From Heptranchias perlo (lineage: Eukaryota), in contig NC_090340.1 in NCBI RefSeq assembly GCF_035084215.1, positions 3,658,001 to 3,722,000 of the forward strand: 64,000 nt of DNA. The letters run 5' to 3'. Every line of letters starts with the position of its first letter. Position 1 is the first letter of the stretch. Below the pieces are notes generated by a model, which saw only the letters and a program-made list of their open reading frames with translations, did not search any database and was not told the origin of the DNA. Positions 11,934-24,064 of the stretch are shown piece by piece. Made by a program: the position numbers and the translations under genes.

Positions 11934-14021
11934 TTATACCACCATTCCACGGATGGACAGAGAAATTCGCGTCTTCAGCTTTTTATACGTTGAAAATATT
12001 ACACAAAACATTACAGCAACAATTATAATCAGAACAAACTGAGGAAGGGTTAAATCCTCTGAGATAATTCTTGCCCAAGGATGTTGTCCTACGTTATATA
12101 CTATTTCCCACCATTCAGTTTCTCCTAGGTGTTCTATTTCGCTTTCTATGGCCGCATTTTGTTGTTGTAGATGAATTTGGTGATGCAATGCGGTGACAGT
12201 CCGGTCAAGTGCGGTTTGAACATTCAATGACAGTTTTGGAATCGGATGTCACAATTGTATAGCACCTTCTGAGCTCCTTTTCTAAACACAAATTCCACCT
12301 GAATTTCCGTAGCATTATGAATGTTCACTGGGATCAGGACTGAACTCGCAACTCTCGGGGGTAACTCAGGAGTAAAACAAAACAATAGAGTTAGTACAGG
12401 ACACTCTTGTTTGTCTTGGAGGTAAGCCAAGTCTGATATTGTCACGCAGTAGCAACACCTTCCCGTGTATCCGTGCTTTGCCTGTCCCGATTTCCATCTT
12501 CTAATATTAACAATACAGTTAGGGGAGTGCTCATCTCGGGTGAAACCACAAGCTGGGATACCTATGTGGTGACATCGTACCAACAAATCCATGTGCCCTT
12601 GACTTCAGTACAGCAAGGTCAATCTGGTGTCCACCCTGATTTCACCATCCTTTTTGAACACCTTTGGATAGCTGGCAAATTCTTTATGTATGTCACCTTC
12701 AAGGACGCCGATGGACTCCACCTTAAAGATCTTTGAAGGCTTCTGATCGGGTGAAAGGCGTAGATTGACCATAGCCACTGCGAAAACGTGTCCGTCTGTT
12801 ATGTCTTCCCAGGACTGATTAAACTGGTTATACAGATCCCAGGCGCCAGATATTAAAATGGTTTCCTTCATTCTCCCAAGTCCATTTATCTAGCTGTTCA
12901 TCCGTTATAAAAGAAGGGATGCGATTTTCCTCAATGTCTTCCAATCCCTTCCACACCCAAGATAGCATAAACGCATCTTACATGCTGCACACAATTCCTA
13001 TGAAGATCTCAATCTTAGATTCCTCCATGTCACTGATCACTGTATTAACTTTTTGCTGAGCCTGTCCAAAGTAGTCGACCATTTCCTTCAGAGATATTAA
13101 ACTTGTTGCTTTTCATAAAATGACCCTGTCACTACCCTATTCGCGGCTTTCATTATGCCTTTTAATTGCTTTCGCATGACTTTATCGTGATCCCACATGT
13201 TCTCTATGTCTATCCTGTTCCAAGCGGCCGTTCCTGTTATAGCCCCTATGCCCAACTATTCAGCCATTTCCCGTTTCCTTTTCTGTCTACTGGGGGCTGT
13301 GGTGTTATTCCTTGGGACTTTTTCTATGTCCAGTCCTGAATTTCTCTCCATAAACTGTCTAAGTTTCTCGGACAACATCTGTTGGTAGAAACTCTCACAA
13401 GTTTCATTACACAAACCTGGTAACAAAGCAACTTTTGAAAAATTAAACAGAACAGGGAAGATGTGAAATCTCACATCATTGTACAGGGTCTGCTATGCAT
13501 TGAAAACCAATAAACCATTGATGGGACCTTTGCCTGCAACACGACACCCAGTGGAGGCCGAATGGGCAGTTCCTTCTGAAAACTTTGCATTCTCGATTAC
13601 TTTAGAGCAGAAAGACCAGGATGACAGCATTCTGGTTTCTTCTCTGGGTAGGTACCCATAACAATTGACATGCCGCTTCCAGACCTGAGGGAAATTCAGA
13701 CTGGTTCTCATTGCCCGTATTCCATTAGGGAACACACAAGTGTCCTTAGTGTTCCCCATATAGGGCATGCCAAAAGGTCACTCTCCGTACTGGTGTCCGC
13801 ACTCATCCGATACCACTTGAGAGTAGCTGGTTTTGTTCCCTCGCCGATAAATGTACATGTCAATCAAAGCCCGTTCCCTCCGGGTACGTGTGCCGTGTTG
13901 GCCATGGCTTGGCCTCATTGGTGGTATAACTCATGGCAACACAGTCCCAGTCGTTCCAAAGGTGTTCGGCTTCACTGAGGAACAAGATGCATCCTAACAC
14001 GACAGCCACCAAAACGTTCAT
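11934..14021 (-). pseudogene. env: env-like class I fusion glycoprotein, disrupted by stops and frameshifts
   Basis: Signal peptide MNVLVAVVLGCILFLSEA from ATG 14021, preceded by an acceptor-like ttgcag at ~14050. Furin site RQKRKR, then a fusion-peptide-like LGIGAITGTAAW, a Cys-rich region (ORF 12224-12592), a heptad-like stretch and TM FVLIIIVAVMFCVIF (ORF 11934-12227). Confidence 0.8.
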
Positions 14022-14699
14022 GATTCAACCTTGGTAATGTGTAATATGCCTGCAAGATGTAATACATGTTCTTGGTGAATAGAATCATAGAATATCTGGT
14101 AGCATTTTTATTTATTTAAATGACAAGCGTATAACATATGACTTGCCGCGAACAAATTAAAAACGGTGCTGTGTACCCATGTAAACCACAAAAAATTTCC
14201 TAAAATTTAGTTTGAAATGAGTCACTTTTATAGATTTGTAGCAAGAATGCTTTTAAAAACTCTATCGTGGAATACAAGGCCACAGAGGGTTATGTTGCGT
14301 TTCGCTTTGTGGAACGGAAAATAGGGCGGAGCAAACACCAAAAAAAGGTGGAGCTGCCACGAAAGCAACATCACACAGACATGTTTTAAAAATAGGCTTT
14401 GAACCGAAAAAATGCAGCAGCCTTTTAAACATTTAAAAGCATTCTTGATGTTAAGCCATCAGCAAATTTACTGTTTACTGAATCGTGGACTAATCATCAA
14501 CCTCCTAACCTTCCTTCTTATTCTCAGTTGAGGGGGCATCATCATTACAGATTGTCTAAGGCAAGTTACTGTGGTTTCGTGCAAGGTCGAGCTCGAAGCT
14601 TCATGTTTGTTATATTCATACGATCAGGGTATGGACAACAGTCATCCACACTCTGTATTGTTATAATTCTCACGCTAGCCACAATCCCCTTAAGCTCGG

Positions 14700-15720
14700 G
14701 TCCGTTCTACCGTTTTAGCTGATTTGAATGAACCCAGCGATCGTGGGATCGATGGGTAGGTCATTCGCAGTGTATTTTTTATACCTGTTGAATTAATTTG
14801 TCGATAATGGGATACGGGCTTTCAATTTTTGAACCGGGGTCATATTAGGCACAAGTGACACATTGGTTTACCACTTTCCCAACAACATCACCCATTGCGG
14901 GCCATCACATTCTCTGCAGCAGCCTCTGAATCAGACCATCTCCCTTCTGATGTCCGCTGGATGTATGCGTCCACTGGACAATTTCCGTACGTAACAGGTA
15001 GGAAATTCTCTGTAATCTATGGTCAAATGCCATGAACCGTCTGATTTCCTGACTGACCAGATTGGGGAATTACAATTACTGGCCGTTTTTTACAGTACAC
15101 CCTGTTCAATTAGGAAGCGCACTCTGGACATCACTGGCCCTTCTGCCTCCGTTGGGAACCGATATGGCTACCTGCGATCTGGACCTTGCGATCAACCTTA
15201 CCACGTTCGTTCTTATGTGTAGCCCAACAACCCGCATTCCTCAATATGGTCTCAACGACAACTCACTCATTACATAAAAGGCACCCCAGGTCATACATTT
15301 GATTTGTCCCCACATACCAGATCTTCCCCTCGTGTCTGATAAAATATTCTTCCTTGTTTTGTCCCTTTTTCCACTTGCCACAGACAACGGTTAGCCATAT
15401 CCACGATAATGTCATGGCTGCTTAGCCAGTCCACTCCCAAGATACCATTATGTGGCTCTCCCTGCATTCTAGTGTGCACTATATTATGACGCATTGTCGA
15501 TATTCCTATGATTAGGCCTGTTACCACTTTTTCTCCTTTCGGTCCACCTCTTCCAAATCCTCCTAATACTATATATGCCTTCAAACCAAACTGTTGTGGT
15601 ATGTCTCTCCACAGAAACATGTGAGATGGCCAGCTTTTGAGTAATAATGCTCTGGGATGGGCTCCTATCCATGCATCTACATGGGGTCTACGGTGGAGGT
15701 CCATATGTAATCAACTAACG
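14700..15720 (-). pseudogene. pol: pol remnant: protease, RT N-terminus and integrase C-terminus; most of RT, RNase H and IN deleted
   Basis: GILGVDWL protease motif (ORF 15291-15704); NSPIWSVRKSDGSWHLTIDYR at ~15010-15075; PYPIIDKL...WVHSNQLK at ~14715-14820. Confidence 0.8.
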
Positions 15721-15788
15721 GATCCCTCCACCGGCGAGGCCGAGGATTGTCAACTTGCATGTTGGCAGTGATAATCCGTATTGAACGG

Positions 15789-17300
15789 CTAGATGATATC
15801 TATCCGGCCTCCTTTTCCAAAATTACCTATATGCCTTTCCAGTTGTTCCACCTTTAACTTCAAGTGTTCTATCTCTGACTCCTTACTATTTCGGTTTGGG
15901 CAAGCTGCCTGCGCCATCTTCTTAGGACATTGCCGGGAGAAATGACCTGCCTTTCCACAACAAAAACACTCTGGTCCTGACTGGTCTCTCGTTGGGACTG
16001 ATGGGCAGGAAGGCTCTGGGATGTTCCCTCGTACCTCCATGGTGGGCCATTGGGCCTCTTTGGAGTTGTACCGCATGTATATTGTCCGCCCTTGCACTAT
16101 GGTTTTCCCCATTTGCGGTTCATCCACCTCATCATGGGCTTCTACCGTGGGATAATACATGTTATTATTAGTACCATATTTATTATTTAATGCCCCAAGG
16201 AGATAATGGACCCACTGCCTTGGGCCGGGGCGGTCCGAACCCTGATGATCATCCGCCGGGCAGACACCTTTATAATGGTTCCATAACTTGTCCACAAAAG
16301 CCTGTGGGTTTTCGTTAGTTTCCTGCCTACTTTCGAGTAACTCTTTCAAGGCTGCCCGTTTTGAATCTGTTCCGTGCCCCATGGTTTTCCATACCATCCC
16401 TTCAGCTTCCTCCCAGGTGCATTTCCCATTTTAAGGTCTCCTGGCAGTACCTTATATACCTCGCGGTGACAGAATGAAGTACTAACTTTATCCTTTCATT
16501 GTTATCACATTCTTGTAGATCGGAGGCTTGCTCGATCATAGCCAAGCTCGTTCTAGAATGGGCTTTTATTATCGGGATGTCATGCGCCATTTCTTTTAAC
16601 TGCCAGCTATTGTGTGGTGTGGCCATTTCCCCTATGGGCTCCTCTGTTCCACTCAACTTATGTGCCTTTATCGGCATTATGCCGGCCTTGGGACGTCGGC
16701 CAGTTTCTCCCTTGTTCAGTGCGCTTTCTCTTTATTCCCCCTTCCTGTTCTTATACTCATAGGCTGCCTCAGCCAAATCTTTGTAGTTTATCTCCTCCCA
16801 GGTGGACCTACTCCCAATATTATTGGTATTAATTTGCCTTTTGGATACTGCAAACATCATACCCTTACGTTGTTTCAATTGCTCTTTTAATTCATTAATC
16901 TCTTTTTGACATTGGTCCTGATTACCCTGTTTGTCAGCCTTACACTGATCTTCTTGACTCTGACTAAGCACCCCTCGCAGCGCGGACCCTAATTCCTCCA
17001 CTTTTACCTCGAGTTTTTTCACTAGCTCCGTTTTTTCCTATAGGGCTGTCTGGTATTCTTACATGTTTGTACTTTATAGGTATTATCTGTCTGCAACCAA
17101 GATACTGACGCCCGTGAGAGTTTCACAATACAAAGTTTTGTCAGCAATAATTTCTGACATTTTTTCGCTTCTACTTCATGTTTATTTGATTCTGACATTA
17201 ACTTGCTTATCTGTAGAGATTGCCACATTAAGAATACAGCTTTCCAACTACCGTTCTTAAGTTTCCTTTCCTTAGTGAGGGTCCGTACCAGACCTCCAAG
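15789..17300 (-). pseudogene. gag: gag, frameshifted, with N-terminal coiled-coil region and C-terminal zinc knuckle
   Basis: CFCCGKAGHFSRQC (CX2CX4HX4C) in ORF 15789-16397; coiled-coil-like KKLEVKVEEL...KEINELKEQLKQ in ORF 16732-17022. Confidence 0.82.
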
Positions 17301-17389
17301 ACTTCTATACTATAAATATCTTTCAACACGGTTCTACATAACCCCAATTTACAATCGACATATTTCTGATGTGTGGACAGCAAACCATT

Positions 17390-17797
17390 TTGCCCTTATC
17401 TTTCTATGTATTTTGATTGTTCGGATGCTGTCATTTAAGATGTCTCATCCTGTATATGCTAATCGCGAAAGTTACCTGATTAGCTGAACAAAGCTCCTGC
17501 AATTAACATAACAAGATTCGTCTGTGTTCAGGTCCTGAGTCTTTGATTATGCCTTGGGACGTTTTGTTTTCTGTTTCTGACAAATGGTCTCCAATGTGTC
17601 TGTTTCACAGCTTTATTTTGTTCGCAATATTCTCAATCACTTTGCCTGATGTCAGGCAAATCATTCCCTGTGGGATGCTGGCGACCTTTTTAGTCTCAGA
17701 GACGCGAGGCCTGCTCTTCGCTTTTTAGGCAAGTGTCTGAAGCTTTGCAAGACGGGGTAAATGACTATCATTTGGTCCAGAAAATGTATTTCTTACA
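17390..17797 (-). repeat. 5' LTR, partial (only the first ~400 bp retained)
   Basis: Homologous to 11290-11687. The rest of the LTR and the primer-binding site are not seen. Confidence 0.8.
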
Positions 17798-19330
17798 ACC
17801 TCACATTTCCCCACGTTATACTCCTTCTGCCACCTTCTTGCCCTTTGTTTCCTCCTCACAGCTTACTTTCCCACCTAGCTTTGTATCATTAGCAAACTTG
17901 GATACATTGCACATTGCCCCTTCATCTAATCATTAATATAGATTGTAAACAGCTAAAGCACAAGCACTGATCCTTTAGGCAGCCCACTAGTTACAGCCTC
18001 CCAACCTGAAAATGACCTGTTTATTCCTACACTTTGTTTTCTGCCCATTAACATATCCTCCATCCATGCTAATATATTACCCCCAACACCAGGATCCCTC
18101 ATCTTATGTAACAACCTTCGGTGTTGCCTCTTATCAAATGTATTTTGAAAATCCAAATATACTATATCCACTGGACCCCTTTACCTACCCTGGTCGTTTC
18201 ATCCTGAAAAAAAAACTTTAATATTTTTGTCAAACACGATTTCCCTTTCATTATAACATGTTGATTGTGCCTAATCATTAATTGTGAAATATTTCTTTAA
18301 ATGTTCACCTTGTTTATCTACCACCATAGCATTTAATCTAATTTCCTAATCAACCGTAGCCAACTCGTCCATGATGCTTATTTAATTGGCTTTGTTTAAG
18401 TTTAATTTCTGGTTTTGCACTAACGTACGTAATTCTCGAACTCAACTTGAAATTCTGTCATGTTATGATCACTTTGCCCCAGAAGATCCCTTACTGTGAG
18501 ATTACTAATTAGCCCTGTGTCATTATACAAGACAAGATCTAAGATGCCCTGTTCTCTGGTTGGTTCTAAGTCGTGTTGTTTTAGAAAACTATCTCGAATG
18601 CATTCCATGAACTCGTCCTCCAAACTACTTTTGCCAATTTGATTTGCCCAGTTTTAAGTTCCCCACGATTATTGCATTACCATTGCTACAAGCTCTCTTA
18701 TTTTTTGATTAATACTCTGTCCAGCAGTATAACAACTCTTCGATGGCCTATAAACTACAACCATCAAAATTTCCTTCCCCTTCTTATTTTTGTATCTCCA
18801 TCCATACTGATTCTTCCGAGCCAAGATCCTTTCTCAGTACTGTTTTTATGTCAACCTTTATTAAGAGGGCTACCCCGTCTCCTTTTTCATTTTTTCTGTC
18901 TTTTAGAAAAGTCAAGTACACTGGAATATTAGTTCCCAACCTTGGTTACCTAGCTATCACTTCTCAGTAATGGTCATGAGATCAAATCCATTTATCTGTA
19001 TTTGTGCCATTAATTCGTCTATCTTGATACAAATGCTTCGTGCATTCAGATCAAGCGCATTTAATTTTAATTTTTCACTATTTTTCCCTGATTTGACCTT
19101 ATTGATTGATGTACTATTACATCAAACTCTCCGTTCGATCCTGACGCACTCTGCTTACATTCATCAAAATCGCTAACACTGCTCTATGGCCTTCATTTTT
19201 CACTTTAGATTTATAAATTACCCTTACTCGAATCTTCTACCTCTTTCTTTTAATTTAAAGCCCGATCTGCCTTTCTTGTTATTCCATTCGACAGGAAATT
19301 GATCCCAGCCTGGTTTAATTTGAGCCTACC
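17798..19330 (-). mobile_element. CR1 LINE 5' continuation (RT part, internal deletion, endonuclease part)
   Basis: ORFs DIVYLDFQNTFDK...GLPKGSVL (17953-18171) and EFMECIRDSFLKQH..PTREQGILDLVL (18420-18623). Confidence 0.85.
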
Positions 19331-19539
19331 CAAAAGGAAGAGTGTAAGGATTTTGGACATTGAGTCACACCCTATTTTAATCTTTTGAACTACTGGACGA
19401 TTCAACATAAAGGATTAACCCTAACTCTAAACCTAACCCTGTAAGGATTTGGACATTCACTTGGATAGTACATTTGGAGTACATTTGAAAGAAAAGGGTT
19501 AACTTGGCCTGGACATGAGAGTATCAATACACATTTTGC

Positions 19540-21115
19540 TTTTATTCATTCATGGGATGTGAGAGTCGCTGGAAAGGCCAGCATTTATTATCCAGCCCTA
19601 ATGGCCCTTGAGAAGGTGATGGTGAGCCGCCTACTTGAATCGCTGCAGTCCTTGTGGTTAAGGTTCTCCCACAGTGCTGTTAGATAAGGAGTTCCAGAAT
19701 TTTGAACCAGCGACGATGAAGGAAAAGCGATATATTTCCAAGCCAGGGTTGTGTGTGAATTGGAGGGGAACGTGCAAGTCGTGGTGTTCCCATGCCCCGT
19801 TGCCCTTGTTCTTCTAGGTGGGAGAGGTCGCGGGTTTGGGAGATGCTATTGAAGAAGCCTTGGCGAGTTGCTGCAGTGCATCTTGTAGTTGGAAACACTG
19901 CAGCCACGGTGCGTTCTGGTGGAGGGAGTGAATGTTTTATGTGGTGCATGGCGTGCCTATCAAGCGGGTTGCTTTATGTTGGACTTTGTCGAGCTTCTTG
20001 AGTGTTGTTCGCGCTGTACTCATCCACGCAAGTGGAGAATATTCCATCACACTCCTAACTTGTGCTTTGTCGAAGGTGGGAAGGCTTGGGGAGTCATGAG
20101 TTGTGTCATTTGGGGCAGAATACCCAGTCTCTGACCTGCTCTTGTATTCACAGTATTTATATGGCATGTCCAGTTAAGTTTCTTGCCAATGATGAACCCC
20201 AGGATGCTGATGGTAGGGGATTCGACAATGGTAATGGCGTTGAATGTCAAGAGGAGGTGGTTAGACTCCCTCTTCTTGGAGATGGTGATTGCCTGGCACT
20301 TGTCCGGCACGAATGGCACTTGCCACTTATCAGCCAAGACTGGACGTTCTCCAGATCTTGCGGCATGTGGGCATGGACTGCTTCATTATATGAGGCATTG
20401 CGAATTGAACTGAACACTGTGCAATCATCAGCGAACATCCCAACATCTGACCTTTTGATGGAAGAAAGGTCATTGATGAACCAGCTGAAGGTGGTTAGGC
20501 CTAGGACGCTGCCCCGAGGAACTCCTTCAGCGATTTCTGGGGGCTGAGATGAATGGCCTCCAACAAACATCATCATCTCCCTTTGTGTTAGGCATGACTC
20601 CAGCCACTGGAGAGTCCCCCCCCCCACCCCCACCAACCTCCCGCCTGACTTCCTTTGCCTTCAATTTTACTAGGGCTCCATGATGCCACACTCGGTCAAA
20701 TGCTGCCTTGAGGTCAAGGGCAGTCACTCTCACCTCACCTCTGGAATTCAGCTCTCCTGTCCATGTTTGGTCCATGGCTGTAATGAGATCCGGACACAAG
20801 TGGCCCTGACAGAACCGAAACTGAGCGTCGGTGAGCAGGTTATTGGTGAGTAAGTGCCGCTTGATAATACTGTCGACGACACTTTCTATCACTTTGCTGA
20901 TGATTAAGAGTAGACTGATGCGGCGGTAATTGGCTGTATTGGATTTGTCCTGCTTTATTGTGGCTAGGACATATCTGGGCAATGTTCCACTTGGTTGGGT
21001 AAATGCCAGTTTGGTAGCTGTACTGGAATGGCTTGGCCAGTGGAGCGGTTAGTTCTAGAGCACAAGTCTTCAGCACTACAGCCGGGATGTTGTCGGGGGC
21101 CTTAGCCTTTACTGT
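19540..21115 (-). mobile_element. Non-LTR retrotransposon (CR1/Jockey group, ALDxKAAFDRVWH type), 5'-truncated
   Basis: ORFs KAKAPDNIP, NYRRISLL, ALDLKAAFDRVWH, GVPRGSVLG, MFADDC, KATRLIG. Confidence 0.88.
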
Positions 21116-21884
21116 ATGCATTGCAAAGCATCAAAGTGCAGACCATTTAAACCGGACAGTTGGACATCAGTGTAACTCTGCAGGAGCTATCCAGTCCAGA
21201 ATCCGTAGATAGGATGTGACTTTCAATAACAACTGACAAGGCGAAGCTTCCAGAAGCTTCAGAAGCTTCCAGAAGATTTTCAAAGTCAACAACAACTGCG
21301 AAGGAAAGAAACTGATTGGGTAGCTGGTTTCATGTAGATTTGGGGATATAAGGCGTCCATAAGGTCCATGAGTGATCCAACTAGCCACCCATCTTCATGC
21401 TATGAACAAATTGGGACTTCTCGTAACGTGGTTCGCAACTATTTGCTCAGAAGCCTATAAAAATAAGATATCATAGCAGTCAAAACAACGGCCAACATCA
21501 GAGGAACTGGAAGAAGCTTAAAGAGTTAACGACTGCAGCACGAGCTTCTCCAACAATGAGCACTTGAATACTTTGCTTCTAAACTTCGACATAAAGACTT
21601 TCATTCTGAGCTTCAACCAAACCACTTTTTCCCCAATCTGAAAAGACGAACCTTGATGAGAAGAATCTCGGCACATCACTCAACGTGTCTCTCAATAACG
21701 TACCTGTTACTGAAACAATTAATTACCTACCTTTGGACCTAAACGACTGCTTCGATGCATAAGGTTGTATATTTCACTTGCTCGCTTTGCTTCATGCCTG
21801 CTTATGTGAACTTTTAAATAATTAAATATAAAATGTTCAGAACCCGAATTTGTATTACCGGGTAGAGTAATCAACGTATTGGAA

Positions 21885-23232
21885 TAACGGAGGCTCTGAC
21901 TATCATTTTCCGATCCTCCCTAGCTACAGGTGTAGTTCTGGGGGATTGGAGGACTGCTAACGTTGTACCATTGTTTAAAAAGGGAGAAATATATTGATTG
22001 AGTAATTCGAGGCCAGTAAGTCTAATCTTGGTGGTGGGCAAATTATTGATATCGATTCTGACTAACGTGATTGATTTTTTTGAGGAGGTAACAAGGAGGA
22101 TCGATGACGGTAATGTATTTGATCTAGTGTACATGGATTTTCGCAAGGCTTTGACAAGGCCTCACATGGCAGTCTTGTCAAAAAAGTATAGGCCCATGGG
22201 ATCCAAGGGAAAGTGGCTATTTGGATCCAACATTGGCTCAGTAGCAGGAAGCAAACTATAATATTTGACTGGTGTATTTGTGACTGGATAACTGTTTCCA
22301 GTGGGGTTCCACAAGGCTTAGTGCTAGGTCCCTTGCTTTTTGTGGTATACATTAATTATCTGGACATAACTGAGGGGGGCTTGATCAAGAAGTTTGCAAA
22401 TGAAGGAAAAATCAGCCATGTAGTTGATAGTGAGGAAGAAAGATGTAGACTGCAGGAAGATATCATTGGACTAGTCAGGCAGGGACACAAGTGGCAAATG
22501 GAATTAAATCCAGAGAAGTGTGAGGTTATGCATTTGGGGAGGGCAAAGAAGGCAAGGGAGTACACAATAAATGGGTGGATACTGAGAGTTGTAGAGGAAC
22601 AAAGGGACCTTGGAGTGCATGTCCATGGATCCCTGAAGGCAGCAGGACAGGTAGGTAATGCGGTTAAAAAGGCAGACGGGTTTTGTTCTATCATTAGCCG
22701 ATACAAAGAATATAAGAGCAGGGATGTCATGCTCGAACTATATAAAACATTGGTTAGTCCACAGCTTGAGTACTGCGTGCAGCTCTGGTCATCACATTGC
22801 AGCAAAGATGACACAGCGCCTGAGAGGATAACAAGGAGATTTACGAGGATGTTGCCAAGGCTGGAGAATTCTAGCGATGAAGAAAATATTGGATAGGCTG
22901 GGATTGTTTTCTTTGGAACAAAGGAGGCTGAAGGGACATTTAATTGAGGTATAAAAAGTTATCACTGGACGAGATAGAGTGGATATGGAGGACCTATTTC
23001 CCTTAGCAGAGGGGTCAGTGACCAAGGGGTACAGATTTAAAGTAATTGGTAGAATGGTTAATGTGGAGCTGAGGATATTTTTTTTCACCCAGAGGGTGGT
23101 AAGGGTCTGGAACTCACTGCCTGAAAAGGGGGTAGAGGCAGAAACCCTCAAGTCATTTAAAAAAGTACTTGGATATGCACTTGAAGTGCTGTAACATACA
23201 GGGCTACGGACCAAGTGCTGGGAAGTGGGATG
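21885..23232 (+). mobile_element. CR1 LINE RT fragment with 3' end
   Basis: ORF 22213-22896 GVPQGLVLGPLLFVVYINYLD..KFANE..KCEVMHLG; FFTQRVVRVWNSLP. Confidence 0.9.
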
Positions 23233-24064
23233 ATACTACGAGTACAGATGAGCGTCAATACATAACTTTGTAGAGGAACAGAAATATCTCATTCCGATTG
23301 TAGATGTAAGACAGCTCAGTTAGAAAAAAGCCCTGCATGTAAAACAAGGAATTACGTGCAACAAGAAGGGAGTTGATAATCATAGTGATTTAGACGACCA
23401 GGATTGGGGTGAATTAAAGAAAGATCAGTCAAGGGAAAGCACCCCTCCCCCAGGGTACCATTGGCCCCTCCAACGTCACGTATGGTACAGGTCAAGTACA
23501 ATGTAAATGCCCAATGCGTAAGGGAATCTGTGGCCAGCAGATTTACCTTCCCTTATAGCCCACTGCAGCTACAGGAAATGGTCAAACAGATTCACAAATT
23601 TGATGAAAGGGTAATGTGGTGAAACTTTTCGCAGATGTAGAACAAGTTGCTCAGTATAGTGGGATGGACCAAAATGAAAAAAGGTCCGCTTGTTGCTGTA
23701 TACTCTGGGGTCAACGGTATATGGGGCTCTCCCTCAGGATAGGAAACATAGGAGAGGAACCTGGACAGAAGCTCAATTGTCCATATTCAATGCAATTGGA
23801 TTTAACAGTGGGGTTCCCAGCGAAGTATTGACCAAGTATAAGCAAGAATCCAATGAGCATCCCGAGGTAGATGCTAACCATTTATAGCAACACTATGCTA
23901 GAGTCGATGGGCCAGAAGCAGGTCAAGCTGCCCCGGTAGACCGTCCCGCTGAGGCTAGGCGGTTGTGGACTTTGATTAGTCATGCACAACCGTACCTGCA
24001 AGCAGCGTGGGCGGATTTTGACCAGAAAATGAAGCCAAAACTGACCCTATAATTCTGGCATGGA

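Larger units (their letters stand above)
10831..17797 (-). mobile_element. Defective endogenous retrovirus-like LTR element (lokiretrovirus-like): LTR-gag-pro-(deleted pol)-env-LTR
   Basis: Minus-strand termini TGTAAG...AAACA, 5-bp TSD atctc/acctc (10826-10830, 17798-17802), polypurine tract next to the 3' LTR, CCHC gag, RT start and env-like ORF remnants. Confidence 0.88.
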
